Shown one piece after another: positions 36,885 to 48,274 of a stretch of DNA of 64,000 nucleotides. Position 1 is the first letter of the stretch. Each line of letters begins with the position of its first letter. Below the pieces are notes generated by a model, which was not told the DNA's origin, made no database searches, and saw nothing but the letters and a program-made list of their open reading frames with translations. The DNA is taken from assembly GCF_058153355.1 (NCBI RefSeq), contig NZ_CM177019.1. One strand, given 5' to 3'. Position numbers and translations under genes: made by a program.

Positions 36885-37655
36885 GTGAAAAGTATAGTTG
36901 ACCCATCGGCATTATTCATTGATTTAGGCGCGCAGAAACGTTCCACTGTGATTTCTGTTGTTGGGGCTGGGGGGAAAACCAGCTTGCTTTTTTGGCTGGC
37001 AGAGCTGCTCCAGTCTAGCGGCAGGCGTGTGTTAATCACTACGACGACACATATGTTTATGCCAACGTCTCACTGGCCCGTGGTTTTCTGTCGTGATCCC
37101 GCCATGCTTCCTCATGCGTCTCTTACATCCCCCATTTCATTTTGTTTTCACAGCTGGAAAGCGAACCAGGGAAAAGTGCAGGGATTTATGCCAGAAGCGA
37201 TTGATGCACTGGTGCAACGACCAGAGTGTGACGTAATTCTCATTGAGGCAGATGGCTCGCGTGGAATGCCGTTAAAAGCGCCTGATGAGCACGAACCTTG
37301 CATACCCAAAAGCAGTTGCTGCGTGATTGCTGTGATGGGAGGACATATTTTGGGTGCGAAAGTGAGCACAGAAAATGTCCATCGCTGGTCGCAGTTTGCT
37401 GATATTACCGGGTTAACACCTGATGCAACCTTGCAACTGAGCGATCTCGTTGCGCTGGTTCGCCACCCTCAGGGCGCATTTAAAAACGTACCGCAAGGTT
37501 GTCGGCGAGTCTGGTTCATTAACCGTTTTTCTCAATGTGAGAATGCGATTGCGCAAAGCGAGCTCCTTCAACCGCTGCAACAACACGACGTAGAGGCAAT
37601 CTGGCTGGGCGATATACAAGAACATCCTGCAATCGCGCGCAGATTTGTGAATTAG
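36885..37655 (+). CDS. yqeC: selenium-dependent hydroxylase accessory protein YqeC
   Basis: 256 aa, GTG start, P-loop GAGGKTS. Paired with yqeB. Confidence 0.88.
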   Translation: MKSIVDPSALFIDLGAQKRSTVISVVGAGGKTSLLFWLAELLQSSGRRVLITTTTHMFMPTSHWPVVFCRDPAMLPHASLTSPISFCFHSWKANQGKVQGFMPEAIDALVQRPECDVILIEADGSRGMPLKAPDEHEPCIPKSSCCVIAVMGGHILGAKVSTENVHRWSQFADITGLTPDATLQLSDLVALVRHPQGAFKNVPQGCRRVWFINRFSQCENAIAQSELLQPLQQHDVEAIWLGDIQEHPAIARRFVN

Positions 37656-37702
37656 CGGCCCGGGTATTCCGGGTTACTGAAAGGATATCCATTGAGGTTG
37701 GT

Positions 37703-39328
37703 ATGAATATTTTCACAGAGGCTGCAAAACTTGAAGAGCAAAATTGTCCGTTTGCGATGGCGCAAATTGTTGATAGCCGAGGCTCGACTCCCCGCCATTC
37801 TGCACAAATGTTAGTGCGCGCCGATGGTTCTATCGTCGGTACAATTGGTGGTGGAATGGTTGAGCGGAAGGTGATTGAAGAGTCGCTTCAGGCATTGCAG
37901 GAACGTAAGCCGCGATTATTCCATGGACGTATGGCTCGTAACGGTGTGGATGCTGTCGGGTCAGATTGTGGAGGTGCAATGTCCGTGTTTATCAGCGTCC
38001 ATGGTATGCGTCCTCGTCTGGTGTTGATTGGCGCGGGGCATGTCAACCGGGCGATAGCCCAGAGTGCGGCGCTATTAGGATTTGATATTGCCGTTGCCGA
38101 TATTTATCGCGAAAGCCTTAATCCTGAATTATTCCCACCATCAACCACGCTTCTCCATGCTGAGTCGTTTGGTGCGGCAGTGGAAGCACTGGATATTCGC
38201 CCTGATAATTTTGTCCTGATTGCCACGAATAATCAGGATCGTGAAGCCCTCGACAAACTCATTGAACAGCCCATTGCATGGCTGGGGTTGCTGGCAAGTC
38301 GCCGCAAGGTTCAGCTTTTCCTACGTCAATTGCGTGAGAAAGGCGTGGCTGAAGAACATATTGCCCGTTTACATGCGCCCGTTGGTTACAACATAGGTGC
38401 GGAAACGCCGCAGGAGATCGCCATCAGCGTGCTGGCAGAAATATTACAGGTGAAAAATAACGCGCCGGGTGGGCTGATGATGAAACCTTCTCATCCTTCC
38501 GGACACCAGCTGGTGGTGATTCGCGGTGCGGGGGATATCGCCAGTGGTGTGGCGCTACGTCTGTATCATGCGGGTTTTAAAGTGATCATGCTGGAAGTGG
38601 AAAAACCGACAGTGATTCGTTGTACCGTGGCGTTTGCCCAGGCCGTGTTCGATGGCGAAATGACGGTCGAAGGCGTCACTGCCCGCCTGGCAACCAGCTC
38701 TGCGGAAGCGATGAAACTTACCGAACGCGGATTCATCACTGTGATGGTAGATCCCGCCTGTTCATTGCTTGATGAACTGAAACCGCTTTGCGTGGTGGAC
38801 GCTATTCTGGCGAAACAGAATTTGGGTACGCGGGCAGATATGGCACCAGTAACAATCGCGCTTGGGCCGGGCTTTACTGCTGGAAAGGATTGCCATGCGG
38901 TAATTGAAACAAATCGCGGGCACTGGCTCGGTCAGGTGATTTACTCTGGTTGTGCGCAGGAGAATACCGGTGTTCCCGGCAATATTATGGGGCATACCAC
39001 CCGACGGGTGATCCGTGCTCCTGCTGCAGGCATTATGCGATCCAACGTGAAATTAGGCGATCTGGTGAAAGAGGGCGATGTGATTGCCTGGATTGGTGAG
39101 CATGAAATTAAAGCACCGTTGACGGGGATGGTGCGTGGCTTGTTGAACGACGGACTGGCGGTGGTCGGTGGTTTTAAAATTGGTGATATCGATCCACGTG
39201 GTGAAACGGCTGATTTCACCAGCGTTTCTGATAAAGCCCGGGCAATTGGCGGCGGCGTACTTGAGGCGTTAATGATGTTGATGCATCAGGGCGTTAAAGC
39301 GACAAAAGAAGTGCTGGAAGTGGCTTAA
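37703..39328 (+). CDS. yqeB: XdhC/CoxI-family plus EF2563-family accessory protein YqeB
   Basis: 541 aa with an N-terminal XdhC-like Rossmann domain and the C-terminal domain characteristic of the selenium-dependent molybdenum hydroxylase system. Confidence 0.88.
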   Translation: MNIFTEAAKLEEQNCPFAMAQIVDSRGSTPRHSAQMLVRADGSIVGTIGGGMVERKVIEESLQALQERKPRLFHGRMARNGVDAVGSDCGGAMSVFISVHGMRPRLVLIGAGHVNRAIAQSAALLGFDIAVADIYRESLNPELFPPSTTLLHAESFGAAVEALDIRPDNFVLIATNNQDREALDKLIEQPIAWLGLLASRRKVQLFLRQLREKGVAEEHIARLHAPVGYNIGAETPQEIAISVLAEILQVKNNAPGGLMMKPSHPSGHQLVVIRGAGDIASGVALRLYHAGFKVIMLEVEKPTVIRCTVAFAQAVFDGEMTVEGVTARLATSSAEAMKLTERGFITVMVDPACSLLDELKPLCVVDAILAKQNLGTRADMAPVTIALGPGFTAGKDCHAVIETNRGHWLGQVIYSGCAQENTGVPGNIMGHTTRRVIRAPAAGIMRSNVKLGDLVKEGDVIAWIGEHEIKAPLTGMVRGLLNDGLAVVGGFKIGDIDPRGETADFTSVSDKARAIGGGVLEALMMLMHQGVKATKEVLEVA

Positions 39329-39368
39329 ATGAAAATGGCCGGATGGTATTACCCACCCGGCCTTTAAA

Positions 39369-40301
39369 TTACTGACAAATCACCGTTCCGGTTTTGCCTT
39401 CAATCCCTTCTTTCGCTTTGCTCAATACGGTAATCAGTGCTTCGCGTCCAGCGCGAGAGCGAGCAAACGAGGCGGCTGCTTCCACTTTAGGCAGCATAGA
39501 ACCTTTCGCAAAATGACCTTCTTCGATAAAGCGTTCAGCATCACTTAATGACAGGCGATCGAGCCACTGTTCGTTCTCTTTACCGAAGTTAATGGCCACT
39601 TTTTCTACCGCAGTCAGAATGATCAGCATATCGGCATCAATCATTTCTGCTAAACGGGCGCTGGCCCAGTCTTTATCAATAACCGCGCTGGCACCACGCA
39701 GATGGTTACCTTCACGAATAACAGGAATACCACCACCGCCAACGGTGATCACCACCTGGCCTGCTTCTACCAGCGCTTTTACCGTCTCTTTTTCAATGAT
39801 ATCAACCGGTTTTGGTGAAGCAACAACACGACGATAGCCGCGACCAGCATCTTCTTTCAGGGTGTAGCCCTGTTTTGTCAGAAGTTCAGCTTCCTGCTCG
39901 GTAAAGAACGAACCGATCGGTTTGGTCGGGTTGAGGAATGCCGGATCGTTAGCGTCGACTTCGACCTGGGTCACCAGAGTGACAACGGGTTTATGAATGC
40001 CACGGGAGAGCAACTCTTCCCTTAAGGCGTTTTGTAGATCGTAACCAATATAACCCTGGCTTAAGGCAACACAGACGGACATCGGCAGCATTGGCGAGTG
40101 CGCTTCAGTTTTTGCCGCGGCTTCAAAGGCCTGGTTAATCATGCCTACCTGCGGCCCGTTACCATGAGTGACGATGACCTCATGTCCCTGGGCAATTAAA
40201 TCAACAATTGCCTGAGACGTAATTTTTACCGCTTTCATTTGTCCGGCTAGATCGTCGCCCAGCGCATTCCCGCCCAGGGCGAGAACAATTTTCTTACTCA
40301 T
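39369..40301 (-). CDS. yqeA: carbamate kinase-like protein YqeA
   Basis: 310 aa of the amino-acid kinase family, MSKKIVLALGGNALG ... THGNGPQVG. Confidence 0.92.
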   Translation of the reverse strand: MSKKIVLALGGNALGDDLAGQMKAVKITSQAIVDLIAQGHEVIVTHGNGPQVGMINQAFEAAAKTEAHSPMLPMSVCVALSQGYIGYDLQNALREELLSRGIHKPVVTLVTQVEVDANDPAFLNPTKPIGSFFTEQEAELLTKQGYTLKEDAGRGYRRVVASPKPVDIIEKETVKALVEAGQVVITVGGGGIPVIREGNHLRGASAVIDKDWASARLAEMIDADMLIILTAVEKVAINFGKENEQWLDRLSLSDAERFIEEGHFAKGSMLPKVEAAASFARSRAGREALITVLSKAKEGIEGKTGTVICQ

Positions 40302-40348
40302 TTTTCCTCACTCATCATTCTTGATTGTGTATAGATCCCTGGCAGTGG

Positions 40349-41734
40349 TTAGAGCACGGGAGGGACAAACGGTTTGCGTCGCAGGAAACGACCTCGCCCG
40401 GCTTTGCCTGTAAAGGTGCCGTCACAGAAAATCGTTTCACCACGGGATAATGTTCTGACAATCGCGCCCTGACAGGTAAACCCCTCCCAGGGCGAGTAGT
40501 CGGCGTTGTCGTGGAGATGGCGATGCTGAATTTGTTGGCTCTGACGTGGGTCGATAATCACCACGTCACCATCGGAACCGGGTGCTAATATCCCTTTTTG
40601 CGGCCACAGGCCAAACAGCCTGGCGGGCATTGCGCTGGTTAGTTCAACAAAACGCTCCGGTGTGATACGTCCCGTCATCACGCCACTGGAAAACAGTAAC
40701 TGCATGCGGTTTTCCACACCGGGTAAGCCATTTGGGCAGCGACTGAAATCGCCTTTAGAAATTTGCAGGCGTTGAGCCATCGAGAAGGTGCAGTGATCGG
40801 TCGCCACCACGTCAATCGCACCATCGCTGATGCCACACCACAGTTTGTCCTGCTCGCGTACGTTACGCAGCGGTGGGCTAAGAATGAACTTCATGCCATC
40901 TTCTGTATCGTAACTGCGTTCGTCCAACAGGAGATATTGTGGGCAGGTTTCAACCCAGACTGGCTGGTGATTCGCACGGGCAAGACGCAGATAATCCAGA
41001 CCTAAGCCGTTAGAGAGGTGGACGATATAGAGCGGGGCGTTACCGGCAATTTGTGCCAGGTTAATCATGCGTGCGATGGCTTCCGCTTCGCATTCCAGAG
41101 GGCGACTCAAGGCGTGATAGCGCGGCGCGGTTAACCCTGCGGCAATAAACTCCGCCCGCTTGCTGGCGATAGCCGCGTCATTTTCCGGGTGCACGGTGGT
41201 CAGTGCGCCAGACTCATGCAAGCGGCGTAATGCCTGCAACACTTCATCATCGTTGAGTTTATATTGATAGGTTAAATAGAGTTTAAAACTGCTCAGCCCT
41301 TCTTCGACCATCATCGGAATTTCGTCGAGGATGGCGTGATTAATGTGCTGGATAACACCGTGAAAGCTGTAGTCAATAACCGCTTTATGGGCGGCATAGC
41401 CACGATAAACTTCCAGTTGATGGCGTAACCGGCAGCCATTTGGTCCAAATCCCATATGGTCAATAATGGTTGTTGTACCGCCACACGCAGCTGCGCGGGT
41501 ACCGGTAAAAAAATCATCACAACTGCGCGCGATGCCGACATCAATATTGAAGTGTGTATGGACATCTACGCCGCCAGGGAAAACGTAACAGCCAGTAGCA
41601 TCAATTTCTTCATAAGGGAGCTGCGGCGAAATATCGGTGCCCAACTGGCGAACAATCCCGCTTTCAATCAGCAAATCCTGTTTGGCTTGTCCATCTGCGT
41701 TAACGATAGTGCCGTTTTTGATCAATACGCGCAT
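40349..41734 (-). CDS. hyuA: D-phenylhydantoinase / dihydropyrimidinase-family cyclic amidohydrolase
   Basis: The ORF is 40349..41746. The canonical start MRVLIKNGTIVNADG gives 461 aa. DVHTH metal motif present. Confidence 0.92.
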   Translation of the reverse strand: MRVLIKNGTIVNADGQAKQDLLIESGIVRQLGTDISPQLPYEEIDATGCYVFPGGVDVHTHFNIDVGIARSCDDFFTGTRAAACGGTTTIIDHMGFGPNGCRLRHQLEVYRGYAAHKAVIDYSFHGVIQHINHAILDEIPMMVEEGLSSFKLYLTYQYKLNDDEVLQALRRLHESGALTTVHPENDAAIASKRAEFIAAGLTAPRYHALSRPLECEAEAIARMINLAQIAGNAPLYIVHLSNGLGLDYLRLARANHQPVWVETCPQYLLLDERSYDTEDGMKFILSPPLRNVREQDKLWCGISDGAIDVVATDHCTFSMAQRLQISKGDFSRCPNGLPGVENRMQLLFSSGVMTGRITPERFVELTSAMPARLFGLWPQKGILAPGSDGDVVIIDPRQSQQIQHRHLHDNADYSPWEGFTCQGAIVRTLSRGETIFCDGTFTGKAGRGRFLRRKPFVPPVL

Positions 41735-41786
41735 AGCAAACTCCAAAAACCCTCCGGCGAACCGGAGGGGAATAAGTGAAGAATAA

Positions 41787-42998
41787 TTATTCGGTTGCCA
41801 GCCAGCTTAACGGGATTGCAGCGTACATAGCGGCACAGGTCACCAGGTGAGATTTCCAGGTTTTTTCGTTAGGTGCGTGCGCTTCAGGTTCTTTACCAGG
41901 GCCAAAACCGATCACCGGAATGCCGTGACGACCCATGATGGAGACGCCGTTAGTTGAGAAGGTCCACTTATCAACAACCGGCGCTTTGCCAAACAGCCCT
42001 TCGTAGGCGTTTACCAGGGCTTTAACAGTGAAGTGATCTTCTTCCACTTTCCAGGTCGGGAAGTAGCATTCGGTTGGGTAAACCAGGCCAGTCCAGGAAG
42101 GACGGTCGTAGTTGTACATAGAAACAACCGCGTTAGCTTTCTGTACCGCAGGCAGGGCGCGGATTTCGTCCAGCGCGCCTTCCCAGGTTTCGCCCCAGGT
42201 CAGACGACGGTCAATTGAAACTGCGCAGCTGTCTGCTACAGCGCAACGGCTTGGAGATGTGAAGAAGATTTCAGAAACGGTGAGGGTGCCTTTGCCGAGG
42301 AATTCGTCATAGCCCAGGCGCTGGGAGAGTTCCTGCAATTCGCCAAGAATCGGACCCATTTTGAAAATGGCGTTATCACCGCGTTCTGGCGCAGAGCCGT
42401 GGCAGCTAACGCCCTGAACATCAATGCGAATTTCCATACGACCGCGTTGACCACGATATACCTGGCAGTCGGTTGGTTCGGTACTGACCACAAATTCCGG
42501 GCGAATGCCAGATTGTTCAATAATGTACTGCCAGCACAGACCGTCGCAGTCTTCTTCCTGCACAGTGCCGGTGACCAGCAGGGTGTATTCATCTTCCAGA
42601 CCGAGGTCTTTAATGATTTTACCGGCATAAACCATAGATGCCATGCCGCCTTCCTGGTCGGAAGTACCACGGCCGCCGATCAGCTCATCAGTTTCCATGC
42701 CTTCGTACGGATCGAAGTCCCAGTTTTTGATGTTGCCAATGCCGACGGTGTCGATATGCGCGTCCATCGCCACCAGACGCGGGCCGTGACCGATATAACC
42801 GAGCACGTTGCCCATCGGGTCGATTTCAACTTTATCGAAGCCGACTTTTTCCATCTCTTCTTTAATACGATGCACTACGCGTTTTTCGTCGCAGCTTTCG
42901 CTGGGGATCGCAACCATGTCGCGCAGGAAGCGAGTCATGTCTGCCTGGTAATCTTTTGCTTTTTCAAGAATCAGTTTGAATGGAATATTCTTAGCCAT
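41787..42998 (-). CDS. ygeY: M20-family peptidase/deacylase YgeY
   Basis: 403 aa with ArgE/DapE/ACY1-type motifs. Confidence 0.9.
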
Positions 42999-43055
42999 TA
43001 TTTTTCTCCAGATTTTTTACTCCCCGTTTGGCGGGGAGCAGTTCCAATAGGGTGA

Positions 43056-44252
43056 TTAAGGTGCTACAGAGTGTTTGCCTTCCCAGACAACTTCGCGGTA
43101 GTGCTTCACGTCGGTGTCGCCTTCAGTGCTGATAACCAGCACCACTGCATCTTTGTTCAGCGCCAGTTTTTCCATCAGGCTTTGACGTTGCGGGTGATAA
43201 TGAACCGCCGCGAGAACGCCTAAACCGACAGCGCCGGATTCACCGGAGATGATGCGCGGGTCGTTGCCGTACGGATTACCCAGCACGCGCATACCTAATG
43301 CGGCAACGCTGTCCTGGCAGGAGATGAATTGGGTGGCGCAGTTACGTAGGATTTCCCAGCCCAGTGGGTTAGGTTCGCCGCAAGCCAGGCCCGCCATGAT
43401 AGTGGCCATATCGCCGCCAACGTTGACGATGTCGCCTTTGACACCAGAACGATAGATACAGTCAGCTTTGTCAGGTTCAACAATAATGCTGTGCAGATTT
43501 TGCGGGCTGTAGACGTCGACCAGATAACCCAGCACACCACCGGCCATAGCACCGACACCGGCTTGCAGCAGAACGTGCGTCGGGGTTACGCCCATTTCAC
43601 GCATTTGCTCTACGGCTTCATCTGCCAGGGTGGCGTAACCTTGCATGATCCAGGTTGGGATTTTGGTGTAGCCTTCCCTGGCGGTATCTTGCACCACTTC
43701 CCAGCCGTGTTGCTGCGCGTGTTGCATGGTCAGACGAACGGTATCGTCATAGTTCATATCAGTGACGATGCACTCGGCTCCGAGGTTCAGAATGGCGTCA
43801 ACGCGTTCCTGAGCGGAACCTTTCGGCATGTAAATTACCGCGTTCTGACCGAGTTGCTGTGCTGCCCAGGCAACACCGCGCCCGTGGTTGCCGTCGGTCG
43901 TTGTAGCAAATGTCATTTTTTCGCCGATGGCATTTTTCAGATGCTCGAATGACAGTGTTTCGATATCAAGATGATATTTTTCGCACAACAACTGAGCGAT
44001 GGCATATGCGCCGCCGAGCATTTTGAATGCGTTCAGACCGAATCGTTTTGATTCGTCCTTAACGAGAATTTTTTTTACCCCAAAAAGGTTTGCGAGATCG
44101 TCCAGCGCGCAAAGTGGTGTTGGGCGATAGCCAGCAATTTTCTGGTGGAACTGGCGCGCCAGTTTTGCCTGGCTTTGCGAAAAGAGCGGTGATGTTTCGC
44201 CGTTGAAAAATTTGTTATCGGCGATATCAATCTTCAATGAGAAAACGGACAT
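43056..44252 (-). CDS. ygeX: PLP-dependent diaminopropionate ammonia-lyase
   Basis: 398 aa, tryptophan-synthase-beta-like fold, with the lysine motif region KDESKRFGLNAFKMLGG. Confidence 0.92.
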   Translation of the reverse strand: MSVFSLKIDIADNKFFNGETSPLFSQSQAKLARQFHQKIAGYRPTPLCALDDLANLFGVKKILVKDESKRFGLNAFKMLGGAYAIAQLLCEKYHLDIETLSFEHLKNAIGEKMTFATTTDGNHGRGVAWAAQQLGQNAVIYMPKGSAQERVDAILNLGAECIVTDMNYDDTVRLTMQHAQQHGWEVVQDTAREGYTKIPTWIMQGYATLADEAVEQMREMGVTPTHVLLQAGVGAMAGGVLGYLVDVYSPQNLHSIIVEPDKADCIYRSGVKGDIVNVGGDMATIMAGLACGEPNPLGWEILRNCATQFISCQDSVAALGMRVLGNPYGNDPRIISGESGAVGLGVLAAVHYHPQRQSLMEKLALNKDAVVLVISTEGDTDVKHYREVVWEGKHSVAP

Positions 44253-44310
44253 ATCCTATCCTTTTGGCCTCTGGAAATAGAGAGCCGACCTGTCGATCGG
44301 CCCGAGGGGG

Positions 44311-45501
44311 TTATTTCACGCGTTCTTGCGCTTCTTTCAGCAGTTGTTCGAGCAGTGCGCCTGGTTTGGAATATTTACGGGAAAGGATCATTGCTGCGAT
44401 GATGTATGGCTTCCAGCTGGCTTCTTTGTAGGTCGCGATACGGTATTTTTCGAATACGCCTTCAGTGACTTCACCTTCTTTGCAGGATACGCCGCTGATA
44501 TCTGCTGGCAGGCAGTGCATGTACAGGGCTTCGCCATCACGGGTCAGTTCCATCATCTCTTCAGTGCAATGCCAGTCTTTGTGTTGCGCGTTCTGTGCCA
44601 GACACTGTTTTTCCAGTGCTTTTAAGCCTTCGTGATCGTTCGCACGCAGCAGTTCAGTACGCTCTTCCATCACTTTGTAAGGTGCCCATGACTTCGGATA
44701 AACGATGTCTGCGTCTTTGAAGGCTTCTTCCATGCTGGTGACCTGACGGAAGCTACCGCCAGAGGCTTTAGCATTATTTTTCGCTACTTCAACTACATCC
44801 GGGATCAAATCGTAGCCTTCCGGATGGGCCAGGGTGACGTCCATACCGAAGCGGGTCATCAGGCCGATAATGCCTTGCGGTACAGAGAGCGGTTTGCCGT
44901 AGCTTGGGGAGTATGCCCAGGTCATGGCGATTTTTTTACCTTTCAGGTTTTCGAGCGAACCAAAGTGTTCACGCAACCATGCCAGGTCAGCCATTGACTG
45001 AGTCGGATGGTCGATATCGCATTGCAGGTTCACTAAAGCCGGACGCTGTGGAAGCACGCCCTGCTTGTAGCCGTCATCAAGCGCAGCGCCAACTTCACGC
45101 ATATAGGCGTTACCTGCGCCCAGATACATATCGTCACGAATACCAATAGCGTCGGCGCAGAAGGAGATCATATTGGCGGTTTCACGTACGGTTTCGCCGT
45201 GAGCGATTTGTGATTTGCCTTCGTCGAGATCTTGCTGTGCAAGGCCGAGCAGGTTAAGCGCGGAAGCATAAGAGAAGCGGGTACGGGTGGAGTTGTCGCG
45301 GAATACGGAAATACCTAATCCACTATTAAAGACTTTGGTTGAGATGTTTTCAGCACGCAGTGCTTTTAATGCTGCGGCAACGTCCAGTACTTGTTTCAGT
45401 TCATCAGGCGTCTGTTCCCACGTTAACAAAAAATCTTTCTCGTGAAGGTGAGAGGTCAGCGAATTGATATCCTTAATCAGCTCATTAACAGTTTTCATCA
45501 T
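44311..45501 (-). CDS. ygeW: carbamoyltransferase YgeW (ATCase/OTCase family, unknown substrate)
   Basis: 396 aa with the STRTR carbamoyl-phosphate motif and HCLP motif. Confidence 0.92.
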   Translation of the reverse strand: MMKTVNELIKDINSLTSHLHEKDFLLTWEQTPDELKQVLDVAAALKALRAENISTKVFNSGLGISVFRDNSTRTRFSYASALNLLGLAQQDLDEGKSQIAHGETVRETANMISFCADAIGIRDDMYLGAGNAYMREVGAALDDGYKQGVLPQRPALVNLQCDIDHPTQSMADLAWLREHFGSLENLKGKKIAMTWAYSPSYGKPLSVPQGIIGLMTRFGMDVTLAHPEGYDLIPDVVEVAKNNAKASGGSFRQVTSMEEAFKDADIVYPKSWAPYKVMEERTELLRANDHEGLKALEKQCLAQNAQHKDWHCTEEMMELTRDGEALYMHCLPADISGVSCKEGEVTEGVFEKYRIATYKEASWKPYIIAAMILSRKYSKPGALLEQLLKEAQERVK

Positions 45502-45591
45502 AAAGTCCCGGTAGTGGAATGACAGGCAAAGTGGTTTATTTCACTGTGACTTGCCAAAGTGATTGGTGTTTTCACAGCTATACCAGGGACT

Positions 45592-45607
45592 AACAATAAG
45601 TGTGCCA
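45592..45607 (-). promoter_or_regulatory. candidate sigma54 (-24/-12) promoter for ygeW-ygeX-ygeY-hyuA-yqeA
   Basis: The minus strand reads TGGCACACTTATTGTT, against the consensus TGGCAC-N5-TTGCW. It lies ~90 nt upstream of the ygeW ATG. Confidence 0.55.
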
Positions 45608-45976
45608 GAATTATCCACGCGGCTATAAAAGACTAATTTGACGGGTAATGTGTGGTGTAGATCACAAATTGATGCCAGCTTCCGGTTGTGTGTAAAATAC
45701 GAAAACGTTTGGCTTTTTTTATTGCGTTGTTTATTTGCTGCTAAGTATCAGAAATAAGATAAAGGGGCAGGCTATCCCTCGTCAGTTTGATAAACTCACC
45801 GCTGTAATTCTCATATTGATATAGAAATGTGATATCTCTTCCATAATTTCATTAGAAAGTGATAAAAACCTTATGTTTTTATCAAAGCCAATTTCGCCTG
45901 AGTTAATATCATGATGATCTGTGAACCATCAACGTCTTCAATGATCGACTTTTAAGTAAGTCTGGAAGGTAAAGCT

Positions 45977-47755
45977 ATGGAGCTTGCTACTACGCAGTCA
46001 GTATTGATGCAAATTCAACCGACAATTCAGCGTTTTGCCAGAATGCTTGCCAGCGTTTTGCAGCTTGAGGTTGAGATCGTTGATGAAAACTTGTGTCGCG
46101 TCGCCGGAACGGGCGCGTATGGGAAGTTTCTTGGCCGCCAGTTGAGCGGCAACTCACGCCTGCTCCGCCACGTCCTGGAAACGAAAACTGAAAAAGTTGT
46201 GACACAGTCTCGCTTCGATCCCCTTTGCGAAGGTTGCGATAATAAAGATAATTGTCGCGAAAAAGCATTTCTGGGTACGCCTGTCATTTTACAGGATCGT
46301 TGTGTTGGGGTGATAAGTTTGATTGCAGTTACCCACGAGCAACAAGAACATATCAGTGATAATTTACGCGAGTTTTCTGATTACGTTCGCCATATATCCA
46401 CCATTTTTGTTTCGAAACTTCTGGAAGATCAGGGACCAGGAGATAACATCAGTAAAATATTTGCGACCATGATCGATAATATGGATCAGGGCGTTTTAGT
46501 TGTTGATGACGAAAATCGGGTTCAGTTTGTTAATCAGACTGCCTTAAAAACACTCGGTGTTGTGCAAAATAATATTATTGGGAAACCTATTCGTTTCAGA
46601 CCATTAACATTTGAGAGTAATTTTACCCATGGACATATGCAGCATATTGTTTCGTGGGACGATAAAAGTGAATTAATCATTGGTCAATTACATAACATTC
46701 AGGGCCGACAATTATTTTTAATGGCGTTTCACCAATCGCATACCAGTTTTTCTGTAGCAAATGCACCTGATGAACCGCATATTGAACAATTGGTTGGCGA
46801 GTGCCGTGTTATGCGGCAATTAAAACGACTCATTAGCCGTATTGCACCCAGCCCATCCAGCGTTATGGTGGTTGGTGAAAGCGGCACGGGTAAAGAAGTC
46901 GTCGCGCGTGCAATCCATAAGTTGAGTGGAAGACGAAATAAACCCTTTATTGCTATCAACTGTGCCGCGATTCCTGAACAACTTCTGGAGAGCGAACTAT
47001 TCGGTTATGTTAAAGGCGCATTTACTGGCGCTTCAGCCAACGGTAAAACAGGGTTGATTCAGGCGGCGAATACGGGCACGCTGTTTCTCGATGAAATTGG
47101 TGATATGCCATTAATGTTGCAGGCTAAATTACTGCGCGCTATTGAGGCGCGTGAAATACTGCCGATTGGTGCCAGTAGCCCAATTCAGGTCGACATCCGT
47201 ATCATTTCTGCAACTAACCAGAATTTGGCCCAGTTCATCGCCGAAGGTAAATTCCGCGAAGATCTCTTCTACCGACTTAATGTTATCCCGATCACTCTTC
47301 CACCGCTGCGTGAACGTCAGGAAGATATTGAACTGCTGGTACATTACTTTTTACATCTGCATACCCGTCGTCTGGGATCGGTTTATCCGGGTATTGCTCC
47401 CGATGTCGTCGAGATATTGCGTAAGCATCGTTGGCCCGGAAACCTGCGCGAGTTAAGCAATTTAATGGAATATCTGGTTAACGTTGTTCCTTCAGGTGAA
47501 GTTATCGACAGCACGCTATTGCCGCCAAATTTGCTGAATAATGGCACAACAGAGCAAAGTGATGTAACAGAGGTCAGCGAGGCGCACTTGACACTCGATG
47601 ATGCGGGCGGCACGGCGCTGGAGGAGATGGAAAAGCAAATGATCCGCGAGGCACTTTCACGTCATAACAGCAAGAAGCAAGTTGCTGATGAACTGGGTAT
47701 CGGCATTGCTACGCTCTATCGCAAGATAAAGAAATATGAGTTGTTAAACGCATAA
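45977..47755 (+). CDS. ygeV: sigma54-dependent transcriptional activator YgeV (bEBP)
   Basis: 592 aa with N-terminal sensory (GAF/PAS-like) domains, a central AAA+ domain with GESGTGKE and GAFTGA motifs, and a C-terminal Fis-type HTH. Confidence 0.94.
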   Translation: MELATTQSVLMQIQPTIQRFARMLASVLQLEVEIVDENLCRVAGTGAYGKFLGRQLSGNSRLLRHVLETKTEKVVTQSRFDPLCEGCDNKDNCREKAFLGTPVILQDRCVGVISLIAVTHEQQEHISDNLREFSDYVRHISTIFVSKLLEDQGPGDNISKIFATMIDNMDQGVLVVDDENRVQFVNQTALKTLGVVQNNIIGKPIRFRPLTFESNFTHGHMQHIVSWDDKSELIIGQLHNIQGRQLFLMAFHQSHTSFSVANAPDEPHIEQLVGECRVMRQLKRLISRIAPSPSSVMVVGESGTGKEVVARAIHKLSGRRNKPFIAINCAAIPEQLLESELFGYVKGAFTGASANGKTGLIQAANTGTLFLDEIGDMPLMLQAKLLRAIEAREILPIGASSPIQVDIRIISATNQNLAQFIAEGKFREDLFYRLNVIPITLPPLRERQEDIELLVHYFLHLHTRRLGSVYPGIAPDVVEILRKHRWPGNLRELSNLMEYLVNVVPSGEVIDSTLLPPNLLNNGTTEQSDVTEVSEAHLTLDDAGGTALEEMEKQMIREALSRHNSKKQVADELGIGIATLYRKIKKYELLNA

Positions 47756-47794
47756 CCTCAGTAAATCCGGCCTGAGTTCAGGCCGGATATCCTT

Positions 47795-48274
47795 TTACTT
47801 CGTTTTCTCGCAATCCAGAACTGTATTTACAATCATCTGATACCCCGTGCAGCGACAAAGATTTCCCGCCAGGCCGCGACGAATCTCCGTAATAGTTAAT
47901 GGCTTCTCGCGTGGTTTCGCCAGCATTGCCGTGGTAGCCATAATCAGGCCAGGCGTACAAAACCCGCACTGCACCGCGCCGGATTTCGCATAAGCTTGCT
48001 GGACATGAGAAAGTTTTCCGCCTTTCGCTTCACCTTCCAGCGTGCGGATTTCTTTGCCTTCAGCCCAGGCGGCAAGGTATAAGCAACTGTCTATCGCAGT
48101 ACCGTCGACCAGCACCGTACAGGCACCACATTCACCCACGCAGCAACCTTGCTTGACGCTTAGCAGTCCTTGTTCGCGGAGTAATTCCGAGAGCGGCGTG
48201 CCTGGCGCGGCGTGAAGCTGAAAAGGTATCTCGTTAATGGTGCATTCGATGGTAATTGTTTCGCTGTGATTCAT
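47795..48274 (-). CDS. xdhC: xanthine dehydrogenase [2Fe-2S] subunit
   Basis: 159 aa with two 2Fe-2S Cys motifs ([11 protein letters not shown]; CGFCTPG...CRCTGY). Confidence 0.94.
   Translation of the reverse strand: MNHSETITIECTINEIPFQLHAAPGTPLSELLREQGLLSVKQGCCVGECGACTVLVDGTAIDSCLYLAAWAEGKEIRTLEGEAKGGKLSHVQQAYAKSGAVQCGFCTPGLIMATTAMLAKPREKPLTITEIRRGLAGNLCRCTGYQMIVNTVLDCEKTK

Noticed and set aside
45635-45655. Second sigma54-like match CTGGCATCAATTTGTGA upstream of ygeW
   Set aside because: The GG-to-GC spacing does not fit, because there is no GC dinucleotide at the -12 position. The match at 45592-45607 is better.
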